64,000 bases of DNA, taken from contig CAWINB010000004.1 of assembly GCA_963837465.1 (NCBI GenBank), positions 586,853 through 650,852 on the forward strand, written 5' to 3'. A program made the translations under genes and the position numbers. This stretch comes from Candidatus Doudnabacteria bacterium (lineage in GTDB: Bacteria > Patescibacteriota > Doudnabacteria > UBA920). Under the pieces are notes generated by a model that saw only the letters and a list, made by a program, of their open reading frames with translations, did no database searches and had not been told where the DNA came from. Numbering within the stretch: the first letter of the stretch is position 1; each line of letters begins with the position of its first letter. Below, one piece after another: positions 9,565-17,541 of the stretch.

Positions 9565-9837
9565 TTACAAATAAATCCCATCCACATAACACCAGCGCCA
9601 GTCTTCGCCGGGCTGGAAAGATTTTATTATTGGATGTTTGGTAGCGCGAAAGTGTTTGGTGGCGTGTTTGTTTTTTGAGGAGTCACAGCAACCTATATGC
9701 CCGCAAGTCAGGCACATGCGCAAGTGTACCCAGGTGTCGCCGCTTTTTAAGCACTCTTCGCACCCTTCCGGCGTAACGGGTTTAATGTCCGGATTGATTT
9801 CCTTTAAATGCCCACAAGTTGTTTTTGGGTTTGCCAT
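9565..9837 (-). CDS. Stand-alone UBP-type zinc finger protein
   Basis: CGHL, CEEC, WVHLRMCLTCGHIGCCDSS..HATKH, WRWCY. Confidence 0.9.
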   Translation of the reverse strand: MANPKTTCGHLKEINPDIKPVTPEGCEECLKSGDTWVHLRMCLTCGHIGCCDSSKNKHATKHFRATKHPIIKSFQPGEDWRWCYVDGIYL

Positions 9838-9859
9838 AAGGTGTTTATCAATTATAAGA

Positions 9860-10243
9860 TTATCGGTTTAACATTCTCCAAAAATTTTTAACGCTAAAAT
9901 ATGTGGCGGCCAAAAATATCAGCACAAGGATCTGGTCCGTAATAAAAATCGCGACCAGGGGGGTTTGGGAAAACATAATGGCATGGCTCTCAAAGAACAC
10001 AATGGCCCAAAGTGAAATTACAATATCCATCCCCGCTGCCCAGCGCTGCTTCGGGCCGGTTAATCCCGCCATCACCGCCAACAGGACAATGGCGATAGTC
10101 ATAAATGTCGGGCTCTGGGGTAAATATTGCCTAAAAAACGGGTAAGTTAAAATCATAACAATCGCCCCGGCCAAAAAAAGCCTGCGGACAACACCATCCT
10201 CAAAAGGTTTCTGATTCAATTGCGGTCCCGGAGTTTCAGCCAT
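9860..10243 (-). CDS. Hypothetical 4-TM membrane protein
   Basis: Four hydrophobic segments, co-oriented with neighbours. Confidence 0.75.
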   Translation of the reverse strand: MAETPGPQLNQKPFEDGVVRRLFLAGAIVMILTYPFFRQYLPQSPTFMTIAIVLLAVMAGLTGPKQRWAAGMDIVISLWAIVFFESHAIMFSQTPLVAIFITDQILVLIFLAATYFSVKNFWRMLNR

Positions 10244-10304
10244 AAAATTGCTTTATTTTATTATACCACGGTTTAAAACAGTATTGGTTTTGGCTGTCAT
10301 AAAT

Positions 10305-11366
10305 TTAGCTATGTTTTTGGTATCTTGTCGCGCTTCCCAAACCAATTCTTTCTATCAAATTTAGTTTCAACAATTTTGCCAGGACTTGGTTAATCGTAGG
10401 GCGGTAAACTTCGGTATTTTCTGAAATTTGTCTTGGGTTAGCTTCATTCACTGTTTGCATATACTCCCAAACTTTAAGCTGCAAAGGCGATAGTAATTTT
10501 TCCACGTTTTCTTTGCTTAGCAGCTTTATAGCCATTTGCGACTGCTGCAAGAAAATATCAAAGAAAAATTCAAGCCACGGGATTATGGTTTCTTTTTTGG
10601 TTTTGAAAGTGGTCTGGCTTCGGCGTAAGGCAATATAGTATTCGCTCTTATTGTCTTCTACCAGCTTTTCGTGTGACACATAAGACATATACAAAAAGCC
10701 TGCCTGCGACAGTAAGAGATTTGTTAAAATTCGGGATGCCCTGCCGTTTCCGTCCTGAAATGGATGAATGTTCAGGAACTCCAGGATAAAATTAGCAATG
10801 ACAAGCAGAGGCTCCGTTTTTTTCTCCTTAAGTTCTTTGATTGTCCATTCAACCAACTCCAGCATTTCTTTTGGAGCTAAGTAAGCAGGAGTTGGGTTAA
10901 AGACAGTCGCGATAACTTTACCTTTTTCGTCTGTCATTACTACCTTATTTTCACCCTTTTTATAATCACCCCTATGTCGCTGGTCTTTTTCCACGTACTT
11001 AAGCAGCTCTTTGTGAAAGTGTTTAACCGTGCTTTCGGAAAAACGGATACTCCGCCAGTTATCAAAAACAATATTAAGCAGTTCGTAATAACCCTTAACC
11101 TCACCTTTGTCCCTTTCGGAAAACTTTTGCTGGCCAATGCCGCGCATTAGCTTTTCTACATCCTCGTCAGATAGCTTCGCGCCTTCAATACGGGTGGAAG
11201 CGCCGGTGGAGCTGGATAGAACGAATTTTTTAAGCCTGCCTAAAACCTGCGGGCTAAGGTTAGCCCCGGACACCCATTGGCCTTGTAACCCCTTTATTTC
11301 GCCAATTTTTGACCAAATATTGCTTGGTAAATTAGCCAGCCTCTTGTTGAATTTGTTAGTTTTCAT
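10305..11366 (-). CDS. Fic family protein (class II, C-terminal winged HTH)
   Basis: HPFQDGNGRASR active site; N-terminal inhibitory motif STRIEG; wHTH ending GLGSATRY. Confidence 0.93.
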   Translation of the reverse strand: MKTNKFNKRLANLPSNIWSKIGEIKGLQGQWVSGANLSPQVLGRLKKFVLSSSTGASTRIEGAKLSDEDVEKLMRGIGQQKFSERDKGEVKGYYELLNIVFDNWRSIRFSESTVKHFHKELLKYVEKDQRHRGDYKKGENKVVMTDEKGKVIATVFNPTPAYLAPKEMLELVEWTIKELKEKKTEPLLVIANFILEFLNIHPFQDGNGRASRILTNLLLSQAGFLYMSYVSHEKLVEDNKSEYYIALRRSQTTFKTKKETIIPWLEFFFDIFLQQSQMAIKLLSKENVEKLLSPLQLKVWEYMQTVNEANPRQISENTEVYRPTINQVLAKLLKLNLIERIGLGSATRYQKHS

Positions 11367-11367
11367 G

Positions 11368-11419
11368 ATTGTATATTTTAACTATATACAATTATATACA
11401 CTCATTGGATTTTTGTCAA
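11368..11419 (-). promoter_or_regulatory. Sigma70 promoter (TTGACA-17-TATAAT) plus palindromic operator of fic-1
   Basis: -35 at 11414-11419 and -10 at 11391-11396 on the minus strand; ATTGTATAT-N7-ATATACAAT at 11368-11392. Confidence 0.75.
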
Positions 11420-11425
11420 ATCCAA

Positions 11426-12860
11426 GTCTTATACAATGGAACATGGCCCCTATCTTTGAGACAGCCTCTAAAGGAGGACGGTACCCCAATTGCTGAAACC
11501 GGAGGGTTGCCCGGAAGCTGTACAAAGAGCATAAGCCTGCCACACTGACTTGATGACAATCGATATGACAGACTTAAGCGTTACGAGCATAGCTCAAATC
11601 AAGGAATTTCTAAAGGTCAATACAGCAATTAATTTTACCTCAGTTTCCAGAAAGGAGAAATATGAATGGATTAACAACGTCTTAAACAAGTTTGGCTATG
11701 TCCGGCTTAAAGGCAAAAAAGACAAGGGGCAGATTAAGGAATATATCCAACGGATGACCGGCATGTCGGGCAGACAGCTAAAACGACTGATTACCAACAA
11801 GAGAGGAAGTGGGTTAGTGGCCTTGTCCCCGAATTGGGGCAAGAAAAACCGGTTTGTTACTGTTTATGGCCCGGCAGAAATACTATTGCTGGCTGAAACC
11901 GATAATCTGCACCAACGAATGAATGCCCATGCCACCAAACAGATCCTAATGGCTGAATATGAAATATTCGGTGACGAACGGTTTAAAAGACTAAAAGATA
12001 TTTCCGTTTCCCATATCTACAATCTGCGAGTTAAAAGAATTTACACCAGCCACTCCACCACCTTTACCATAACCGATCCAGTAAGCACCCCGATTGGTAT
12101 TAGAAGAAGACCCGACAATATGGGCATTCCGGGCTATCTGCGGGTGGATACCGTGCATCAGGGCGACCGTAAGCTGGCTTTGGGCAAGTATGAGAAAGGT
12201 ATTTACCACTTAAACCTGGTGGATGAAGTCACCCAATGGGAAATGGTCTTCTGTGTGGAAACGATTTCCGAGCTGCATTTAAAACCCATATTTGAACAGT
12301 TGCAGCAAATGTTTCCCTTTACAGTAATTAACTTCCACTCTGACAACGGTAGCGAGAACATTAATTACACGGTAGCTGATATTCTTAGAAGGTTAGTTAT
12401 TAAACAGACAAAATCACGAAGCAGGCACTGCAATGACAATGCCTTAGTGGAAAGCAAGAACGGCAGTGTCATCAGAAAGTATATGGGCTACACTCATATC
12501 CCGAAAACCTACGCGCAGGAGATTAACGAATTTTACCAGAAGTTTTTTAACCCTTACCTGAACTTCCACAGACCCTGCGGCTTTGCCACCACCACGGTTG
12601 ACCATAAGGGCAAGGAAAAGAAAAAATATGATATTTACTTAACTCCCTATGCCAAACTGAAGACTCTGGATAATTGGACACGCTACCTTGCCCCAGGACG
12701 GACGGAAAAACAACTGGATGACATCAGCACCGGCCACAGCCATAACGGATGGGCAAAACTTATGCAGGAAGCAAAGTCAGCAGTATTTAAAAACATTAAA
12801 CTTAAGGAACATCAAAAAATGGCCGCTGGCGGATAGGGGCCATGTCTTGATTAGAAACTA
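11426..12860 (+). mobile_element. Insertion sequence with integrase-core (rve) DDE transposase, ISNCY/IS481-like; outer limits approximate
   Basis: Perfect 14-bp inverted repeats ACATGGCCCCTATC (11441-11454) and GATAGGGGCCATGT (12832-12845) bracket the transposase. Confidence 0.85.
11550..12836 (+). CDS. DDE transposase (integrase catalytic domain)
   Basis: GYLRVDTVHQGD, FHSDNGSE, KSRSRHCNDNALVESKNGSVIR, NFHRPC. Confidence 0.92.
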   Translation: MMTIDMTDLSVTSIAQIKEFLKVNTAINFTSVSRKEKYEWINNVLNKFGYVRLKGKKDKGQIKEYIQRMTGMSGRQLKRLITNKRGSGLVALSPNWGKKNRFVTVYGPAEILLLAETDNLHQRMNAHATKQILMAEYEIFGDERFKRLKDISVSHIYNLRVKRIYTSHSTTFTITDPVSTPIGIRRRPDNMGIPGYLRVDTVHQGDRKLALGKYEKGIYHLNLVDEVTQWEMVFCVETISELHLKPIFEQLQQMFPFTVINFHSDNGSENINYTVADILRRLVIKQTKSRSRHCNDNALVESKNGSVIRKYMGYTHIPKTYAQEINEFYQKFFNPYLNFHRPCGFATTTVDHKGKEKKKYDIYLTPYAKLKTLDNWTRYLAPGRTEKQLDDISTGHSHNGWAKLMQEAKSAVFKNIKLKEHQKMAAGG

Positions 12861-13049
12861 CTATCCACTTAATGCCGCTGGAAAAAATAGAAAAATCCAA
12901 ACAAAAAACCGAGATACGATTCTCGATTTTTTAGATGGTTGGGATGCCCGAAGGGGGTTGGACTGCCCAAGTTTCTCAAGCTGTGGCACAATATAGAGCT
13001 ACTTGGCTGTGAAGGATTGATGTAAACATTATATACTGCGCAGCTTGTT

Positions 13050-13079
13050 TTGCACTCGTTCCGATAAATATGTTATAAT
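13050..13079 (+). promoter_or_regulatory. Sigma70 promoter (TTGCAC, extended -10 TGnTATAAT)
   Basis: TTGCAC 13050-13055 and TGTTATAAT 13071-13079, just upstream of the structured region. Confidence 0.6.
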
Positions 13080-13095
13080 TAAAGCAACAATTTAA

Positions 13096-13229
13096 TTGCC
13101 TAAACCTACTGCCGCAAGGCTTGGGCACGGCATAAAAACATCGTGAAGCACGAAGACGGTCATCCGTCTTGCTTAATGCTTCACGGTGTTGCCAAGGGAA
13201 ACTTTGGTAGGCTCGCAAGAGCCGGGCAA
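13096..13229 (+). ncRNA. Candidate structured RNA / 5' leader (multi-branch, three GNRA tetraloops)
   Basis: Manual pairing: closing stem TTGCCT/GGGCAA, GCC-GCAA-GGC, long AACATCGTGAAGCA/TGCTTCACGGTGTT stem, TGCCAAGG-GAAA-CTTTGGTA, GGCTC-GCAA-GAGCC. Confidence 0.55.
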
Positions 13230-13273
13230 GCGGGTGGCCCTTTTTGTAGCCCGTAGAAAGGAACAACTAAGCA

Positions 13274-13735
13274 ATGGAATATCAAAAAGTCTGGGAGAAG
13301 ATATTAAACCCGGACGAAAAAGTAGAATACGAATTTTCGTTTAGTGATAAATATCGCAAAACTGTGCTAATTGTGTGGTCTATCGTTAGTCTTCTGTTTT
13401 TATTGTTGCACTGGATTTTTGTCGGCATCCTTACTTTTTTAATTGTGTTGTTGTGGTGGTATAGGGTCAAGGTAGCTAATGCCTATGCTTTTACCGACAG
13501 ACGCGTAGTTGTTCATAAGGGATGGCTGTCTACCAAAACCACGACCGTTGATTACGACAAAATAGTGGAGGTTTCTGTTAAAGAACCGTTTACCGAACGT
13601 AAATTTTACGGAAGCGGCGACCTTAACATTAAGACTGCTGGTAGTATAGTCCACGACCTAAGACTTGCCCATATAAACGCTCCTTATGAAGTTAAAAAGA
13701 AATTAGACCAATTAAGAAATAATTATTTAAAGTAA
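13274..13735 (+). CDS. Membrane protein with bacterial PH domain (bPH_2/YdbS-like)
   Basis: Two TM helices then YAFTDRRVVVHKGWLS...YDKI..V.V.....R..G.GDL.I.TAG. Confidence 0.85.
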   Translation: MEYQKVWEKILNPDEKVEYEFSFSDKYRKTVLIVWSIVSLLFLLLHWIFVGILTFLIVLLWWYRVKVANAYAFTDRRVVVHKGWLSTKTTTVDYDKIVEVSVKEPFTERKFYGSGDLNIKTAGSIVHDLRLAHINAPYEVKKKLDQLRNNYLK

Positions 13736-13780
13736 AGATGGCAGACTGGTGTCTACCATCGGCAGAAAGGAAAAAATTAT

Positions 13781-14521
13781 ATGAACGGTTTATTTATGTT
13801 TTTGTTCCTGCTTTCAATCGTTGGACTGATAGTGGGACTGATAAAACCGGCATTATTTAACAAATTGTTTAAAGGAAATGCGAACAGAAAAAATACAAGT
13901 GTAGCTTTTGGAGCCGCCATAGTTTTATTTTTTATATTGACCGGCGTTACAAGTCCAAAAAGTAATACGGCCAGCCAACAAGCAAATATTCAACCCCAGC
14001 AACAGACCTCCGCGGTAACTCAAAATGCGGCTATTCCTACAAGCAGCCCGGCTGCTGCGATAGCAATACCTCCAACAGCCCCACCAAAGACAATCAAAGC
14101 TGCTCCAAACATTCCTGCCAACCCTCAACCAAAACAGCCAGCAGCTACCACACCTGCGCCTGTTGCAACTCCGCAACCAACGCAAGCTCCACAAACAGAC
14201 AATCAAAATACTTCACCAACCTCAAATGAAACAGTTAGTCAACAAAATGCTGTTGCAAAAGCAAAAGATTATTTAAATTACACGGCATTTTCTCATGATG
14301 GATTGGTTGCTCAATTGGAGTACGACCAATTTTCACCGGCTGATGCGACCTATGGTGCAGATAATTCCGGTGCTAACTGGGATGCGGAGGCAGCTGCAAA
14401 GGCCAAAGACTACATGAGCTATTCAGCTTTTTCACGCGGTGGTCTTATCGCACAGTTGGAATATGATAAATTCACACAAGAACAAGCAGAGTACGGAGCT
14501 AACGCGGTTGGACTACAATAG
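13781..14521 (+). CDS. Ltp-family (host-cell-surface exposed) protein with TM anchor and Pro/Thr/Gln-rich linker
   Basis: Two tandem repeats A..KAKDYL.Y.AFS..GL..QLEYD.F....A.YGA typical of Ltp HTH repeats. Confidence 0.85.
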   Translation: MNGLFMFLFLLSIVGLIVGLIKPALFNKLFKGNANRKNTSVAFGAAIVLFFILTGVTSPKSNTASQQANIQPQQQTSAVTQNAAIPTSSPAAAIAIPPTAPPKTIKAAPNIPANPQPKQPAATTPAPVATPQPTQAPQTDNQNTSPTSNETVSQQNAVAKAKDYLNYTAFSHDGLVAQLEYDQFSPADATYGADNSGANWDAEAAAKAKDYMSYSAFSRGGLIAQLEYDKFTQEQAEYGANAVGLQ

Positions 14522-14566
14522 GACAAATAAAAACGCTATTGATAATAAAATAAGTTGGTTATTATA

Positions 14567-15076
14567 ATGGCAAATATTTTCAATAAGGAATTATCAAGCA
14601 GAGACCGCCGCTGGAAGTCACAACTTGAATGTTTAGGCGCAAGTCCAACAGATTTTGAAAGGACACGTCTTATGCTTACAAAAAGGTTTGGGCAAAAACC
14701 AAACTTTGATGATATTATCTGGTCAATTTTCAACGAATTAATAATTAAAACAAATGGTACCGGTGTGTTATTTTATTGGATGGCTTTATTTCAGGATGAA
14801 AAGGGAAGAAATTCGGCTCATCTACTTTACGATAGCCAGCGGTCTTGGTTGAAAATTTGGTTTAAAACGGGAGTGATAACTGTAAAAATTTGCACGGCTG
14901 GAGAAAAAGCCTGCAAAAACTGCCAAAAATTGGAAGGTATAATTACTCCCATAGACCAAGCCTTTCAAAATCCCATTATACCCTGTAAAGATTGTATTTT
15001 TCGTATGAATCCAAAAAGTCGGTTTGCCTTTTGCCGTTGTATGTACCGGCCGGAAGATGTGGGCAAGATAGGATAG
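14567..15076 (+). CDS. Hypothetical protein with Cys-rich C-terminal (Zn-binding) domain
   Basis: CxxC...PCxxC...CRC pattern. Confidence 0.7.
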   Translation: MANIFNKELSSRDRRWKSQLECLGASPTDFERTRLMLTKRFGQKPNFDDIIWSIFNELIIKTNGTGVLFYWMALFQDEKGRNSAHLLYDSQRSWLKIWFKTGVITVKICTAGEKACKNCQKLEGIITPIDQAFQNPIIPCKDCIFRMNPKSRFAFCRCMYRPEDVGKIG

Positions 15077-15283
15077 TTACTACCGTGGTTAGCATATTTA
15101 AAATTATTTTTACGGGGTAAGGCATACAATTTATCAACCTTGCAAAATAAACGCGCCTCAATCGCGTTTTTTTGATGTCAAGCCATAGAGTAAACCGGAC
15201 TAACGCATTAGAAACGGCGGTCGAGTTGCATTTTTTCAGGAAGGGCATTATAACATTGTAAATCCAGTATTAAGTTAAAGCGT

Positions 15284-15508
15284 ATGCGTTTTGCCAGCAA
15301 AGAGCAAAAATTACAATGGTTAAAAGCGGCAGCGGAAAAAATCCGCCATATGGAAGCCGAGCCTAACGCGGCGATAATGGCGCAAGAGTTTGGACGAGCA
15401 TATAGTTTATTGCGCGGGCTGAATTATGCCAAAGTTCAGTTTCGCAAAGTCAGCCACGGCCTCCGTAAAAGTTGCACCGTAAAAGTTGCAGTTGACCGTA
15501 GGTTATAA
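15284..15508 (+). CDS. Small hypothetical protein
   Basis: 74-aa ATG ORF co-oriented with island genes. Confidence 0.5.
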   Translation: MRFASKEQKLQWLKAAAEKIRHMEAEPNAAIMAQEFGRAYSLLRGLNYAKVQFRKVSHGLRKSCTVKVAVDRRL

Positions 15509-15634
15509 AGGGCATATAATATGTAAGGATAACGGCTGGCACAGCAGACGTTATTAGACAGCTCTCCATATTCTGTGCGAGAGTTTTTTTGTTTTAAACT
15601 TTCAACTTGAAACTTTATAACTTTTAACTCATAT

Positions 15635-15709
15635 GGTGCCTGTAGCTCAATGGTAGAGCACCGCTCTGTGGCAGCGGCTACGAGGGTCCGATTCCCTTCA
15701 GGCACCCCA
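15635..15709 (+). tRNA. tRNA-His (GUG)
   Basis: Cloverleaf with G-1:C73, acceptor GTGCCTG/CAGGCAC, anticodon arm CCGCT-CTGTGGC-AGCGG, encoded CCA. Confidence 0.95.
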
Positions 15710-15795
15710 AGTTCTGAATTTAATATAATCAAATAGATTTCCTCGGAGCTCTGCTCCGGATGATACTTTGCGCAACTCTTGCGCGATTTTTAGAC

Positions 15796-15850
15796 TTGGC
15801 AACTATAATATATTAGGATATAATCGTATATAGTTAGGTATATACGATTA
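15796..15850 (+). promoter_or_regulatory. Sigma70 promoter (TTGGCA-17-TATAAT) plus palindromic operator of fic-2
   Basis: Perfect TAATCGTATATA-N6-TATATACGATTA (15821-15850) overlapping the -10. Confidence 0.75.
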
Positions 15851-15864
15851 AACTACTATCAATT

Positions 15865-16932
15865 ATGGAAAACAACAAGTTTAGTAAAAGAATACGCTAT
15901 GATCAAGAAATCGTTAATTTACTGTCAAAGGTCGGAGATTTTAAGGCTCAATGGCAGGGCGGTTTAAGGCTTAGCCCGCAGATTTTGGGCAGGATTAAGT
16001 CTTGGGTCATCATTACCAGCACAGGGGCTTCTACCCGTATAGAAGGATCAAAAATGAGCGATAAGGAAGTCGCCCGTCTTTTACGTGGTCTAAAGAATAA
16101 AAAGCCGCAAGGCAGGGATGCCCAAGAAGTTGCTGGCTATGCTGATTTGATTGGCAGGATTTTTGACAACTACAAAACCTTAAAGCTAACCGAAAATAAC
16201 ATTTTGCAATTCCATAGCATGCAGCTGCAATTTTCAGAAAAAGACGAATACCACAGAGGCAAATATAAGGCTACCGATAATACTGTAATTATGAAAACGC
16301 CAGAGGGTCAGACAGTAGTATTGTTTCAACCCTCGCCGCCATACCTCGTTAAGCCAGAAATGGAAAGCGTTATTGCTTGGACTAACGAACAGCTGGAAAA
16401 AGACGAAATCCACCCCTTACTCGTTATTGCGAATTTTGTGTTTGAATTTTTAGCAATACACCCGTTCTCTGATGGTAACGGGCGTCTTTCTCGTGCCTTA
16501 ACCAATTTACTGCTTTTAAGAGCTGGCTATACTTATGTCCCTTATGTTTCTATGGAAGAAATAATTGAGGAACGCCGGACGGATTATTATTTGGCTTTAA
16601 GGCGAACCCAAAAAAACCATAAAAGCGAACACGAAGATATTACTGCTTGGGTCAAATACTTCTTGGAAGTTTTAGGAGAGCAAGCCGATCGAGCACGGAA
16701 GTTAATGGAATTGGAACAGCCAGAAAAGCTTCTTTCAAAAAAACAAGCGCAAATATATAAGTTATTTACGCACGGTCAAGAATTAGCGATTAAAGAAATA
16801 GATAAAAAGCTAAAAGGCGCTATACCGCAAGTAACAATCAAGCAGGCTGTAAACCGTTTGGTTGAATTAAAATTAGTTGAACGTTTAGGTATGGGCAGAG
16901 GTATTAGATATAAGAAGCTGTATCTATTTTAG
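15865..16932 (+). CDS. Fic family protein (class II, C-terminal winged HTH)
   Basis: HPFSDGNGRLSR, STRIEG, C-terminal GMGRGIRY; paralog of 10305-11366. Confidence 0.93.
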   Translation: MENNKFSKRIRYDQEIVNLLSKVGDFKAQWQGGLRLSPQILGRIKSWVIITSTGASTRIEGSKMSDKEVARLLRGLKNKKPQGRDAQEVAGYADLIGRIFDNYKTLKLTENNILQFHSMQLQFSEKDEYHRGKYKATDNTVIMKTPEGQTVVLFQPSPPYLVKPEMESVIAWTNEQLEKDEIHPLLVIANFVFEFLAIHPFSDGNGRLSRALTNLLLLRAGYTYVPYVSMEEIIEERRTDYYLALRRTQKNHKSEHEDITAWVKYFLEVLGEQADRARKLMELEQPEKLLSKKQAQIYKLFTHGQELAIKEIDKKLKGAIPQVTIKQAVNRLVELKLVERLGMGRGIRYKKLYLF

Positions 16933-16980
16933 TCTAGAAAGGCTATAATTAGGTTATTAAATGGTATAGAAAGGACTATT

Positions 16981-17172
16981 ATGGCGTTTGAAAGTATAGT
17001 TTTTCCCTTTGATAAGGACTTTAAAAGCTTTGAGCGGAAGGTCGGGGAGACCATGGCTTTAAGGGCCGAAGTGGAGCTTTTAAGGAGTGTGCTTATGGAA
17101 GACGGTAAAAGAGATGTCATAAAAAAAGCCGAAAAGGAAATGTACAAGCGGCATGCCGATTTGGCATCTTAA
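16981..17172 (+). CDS. Small hypothetical protein
   Basis: 63-aa ORF with AAGGA upstream of the ATG. Confidence 0.55.
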   Translation: MAFESIVFPFDKDFKSFERKVGETMALRAEVELLRSVLMEDGKRDVIKKAEKEMYKRHADLAS

Positions 17173-17193
17173 AATAGGTTCTGGACAAAACCA

Positions 17194-17484
17194 ATGCATT
17201 ACGATTTTGACGCCTTTTTAAGCGCCATAAAATACCTGGACAAGGAAGATATTCTCGTGGCTGCTTATAAAAAACATAAATCTTTGGACAAGTCTTCCAC
17301 AATGTACACAATGGAAGCGCGTTTGGATTTGCAAAACAGTGTCGGCGATCTTTTGTATTTTTTGGAAAAAAACGAACGGCCGCCAAACGTTAAAGATTAC
17401 AATTTTGAAAAATTGAAACCCATTTGTGAAAATCTGATAAAAAAAGGACAGATGGACGCCGGGGCAATAAAATTATTTCAGTAA
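17194..17484 (+). CDS. Hypothetical protein
   Basis: 96-aa ORF ending just before a terminator. Confidence 0.65.
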   Translation: MHYDFDAFLSAIKYLDKEDILVAAYKKHKSLDKSSTMYTMEARLDLQNSVGDLLYFLEKNERPPNVKDYNFEKLKPICENLIKKGQMDAGAIKLFQ

Positions 17485-17489
17485 ACATC

Positions 17490-17525
17490 AAAAAATCCCT
17501 TGCCGGTAACCGGCAAGGGATTTTC
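17490..17525. terminator. Bidirectional intrinsic terminator
   Basis: AAAAATCCCTTGCCGG-TAA-CCGGCAAGGGATTTT perfect hairpin between convergent genes. Confidence 0.85.
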
Positions 17526-17541
17526 AACTTTTAACTACAAG

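Noticed and set aside
10305-17484. Integrative element with att sites at tRNA-His
   Set aside because: No tyrosine/serine integrase and no duplicated tRNA 3' end found by eye
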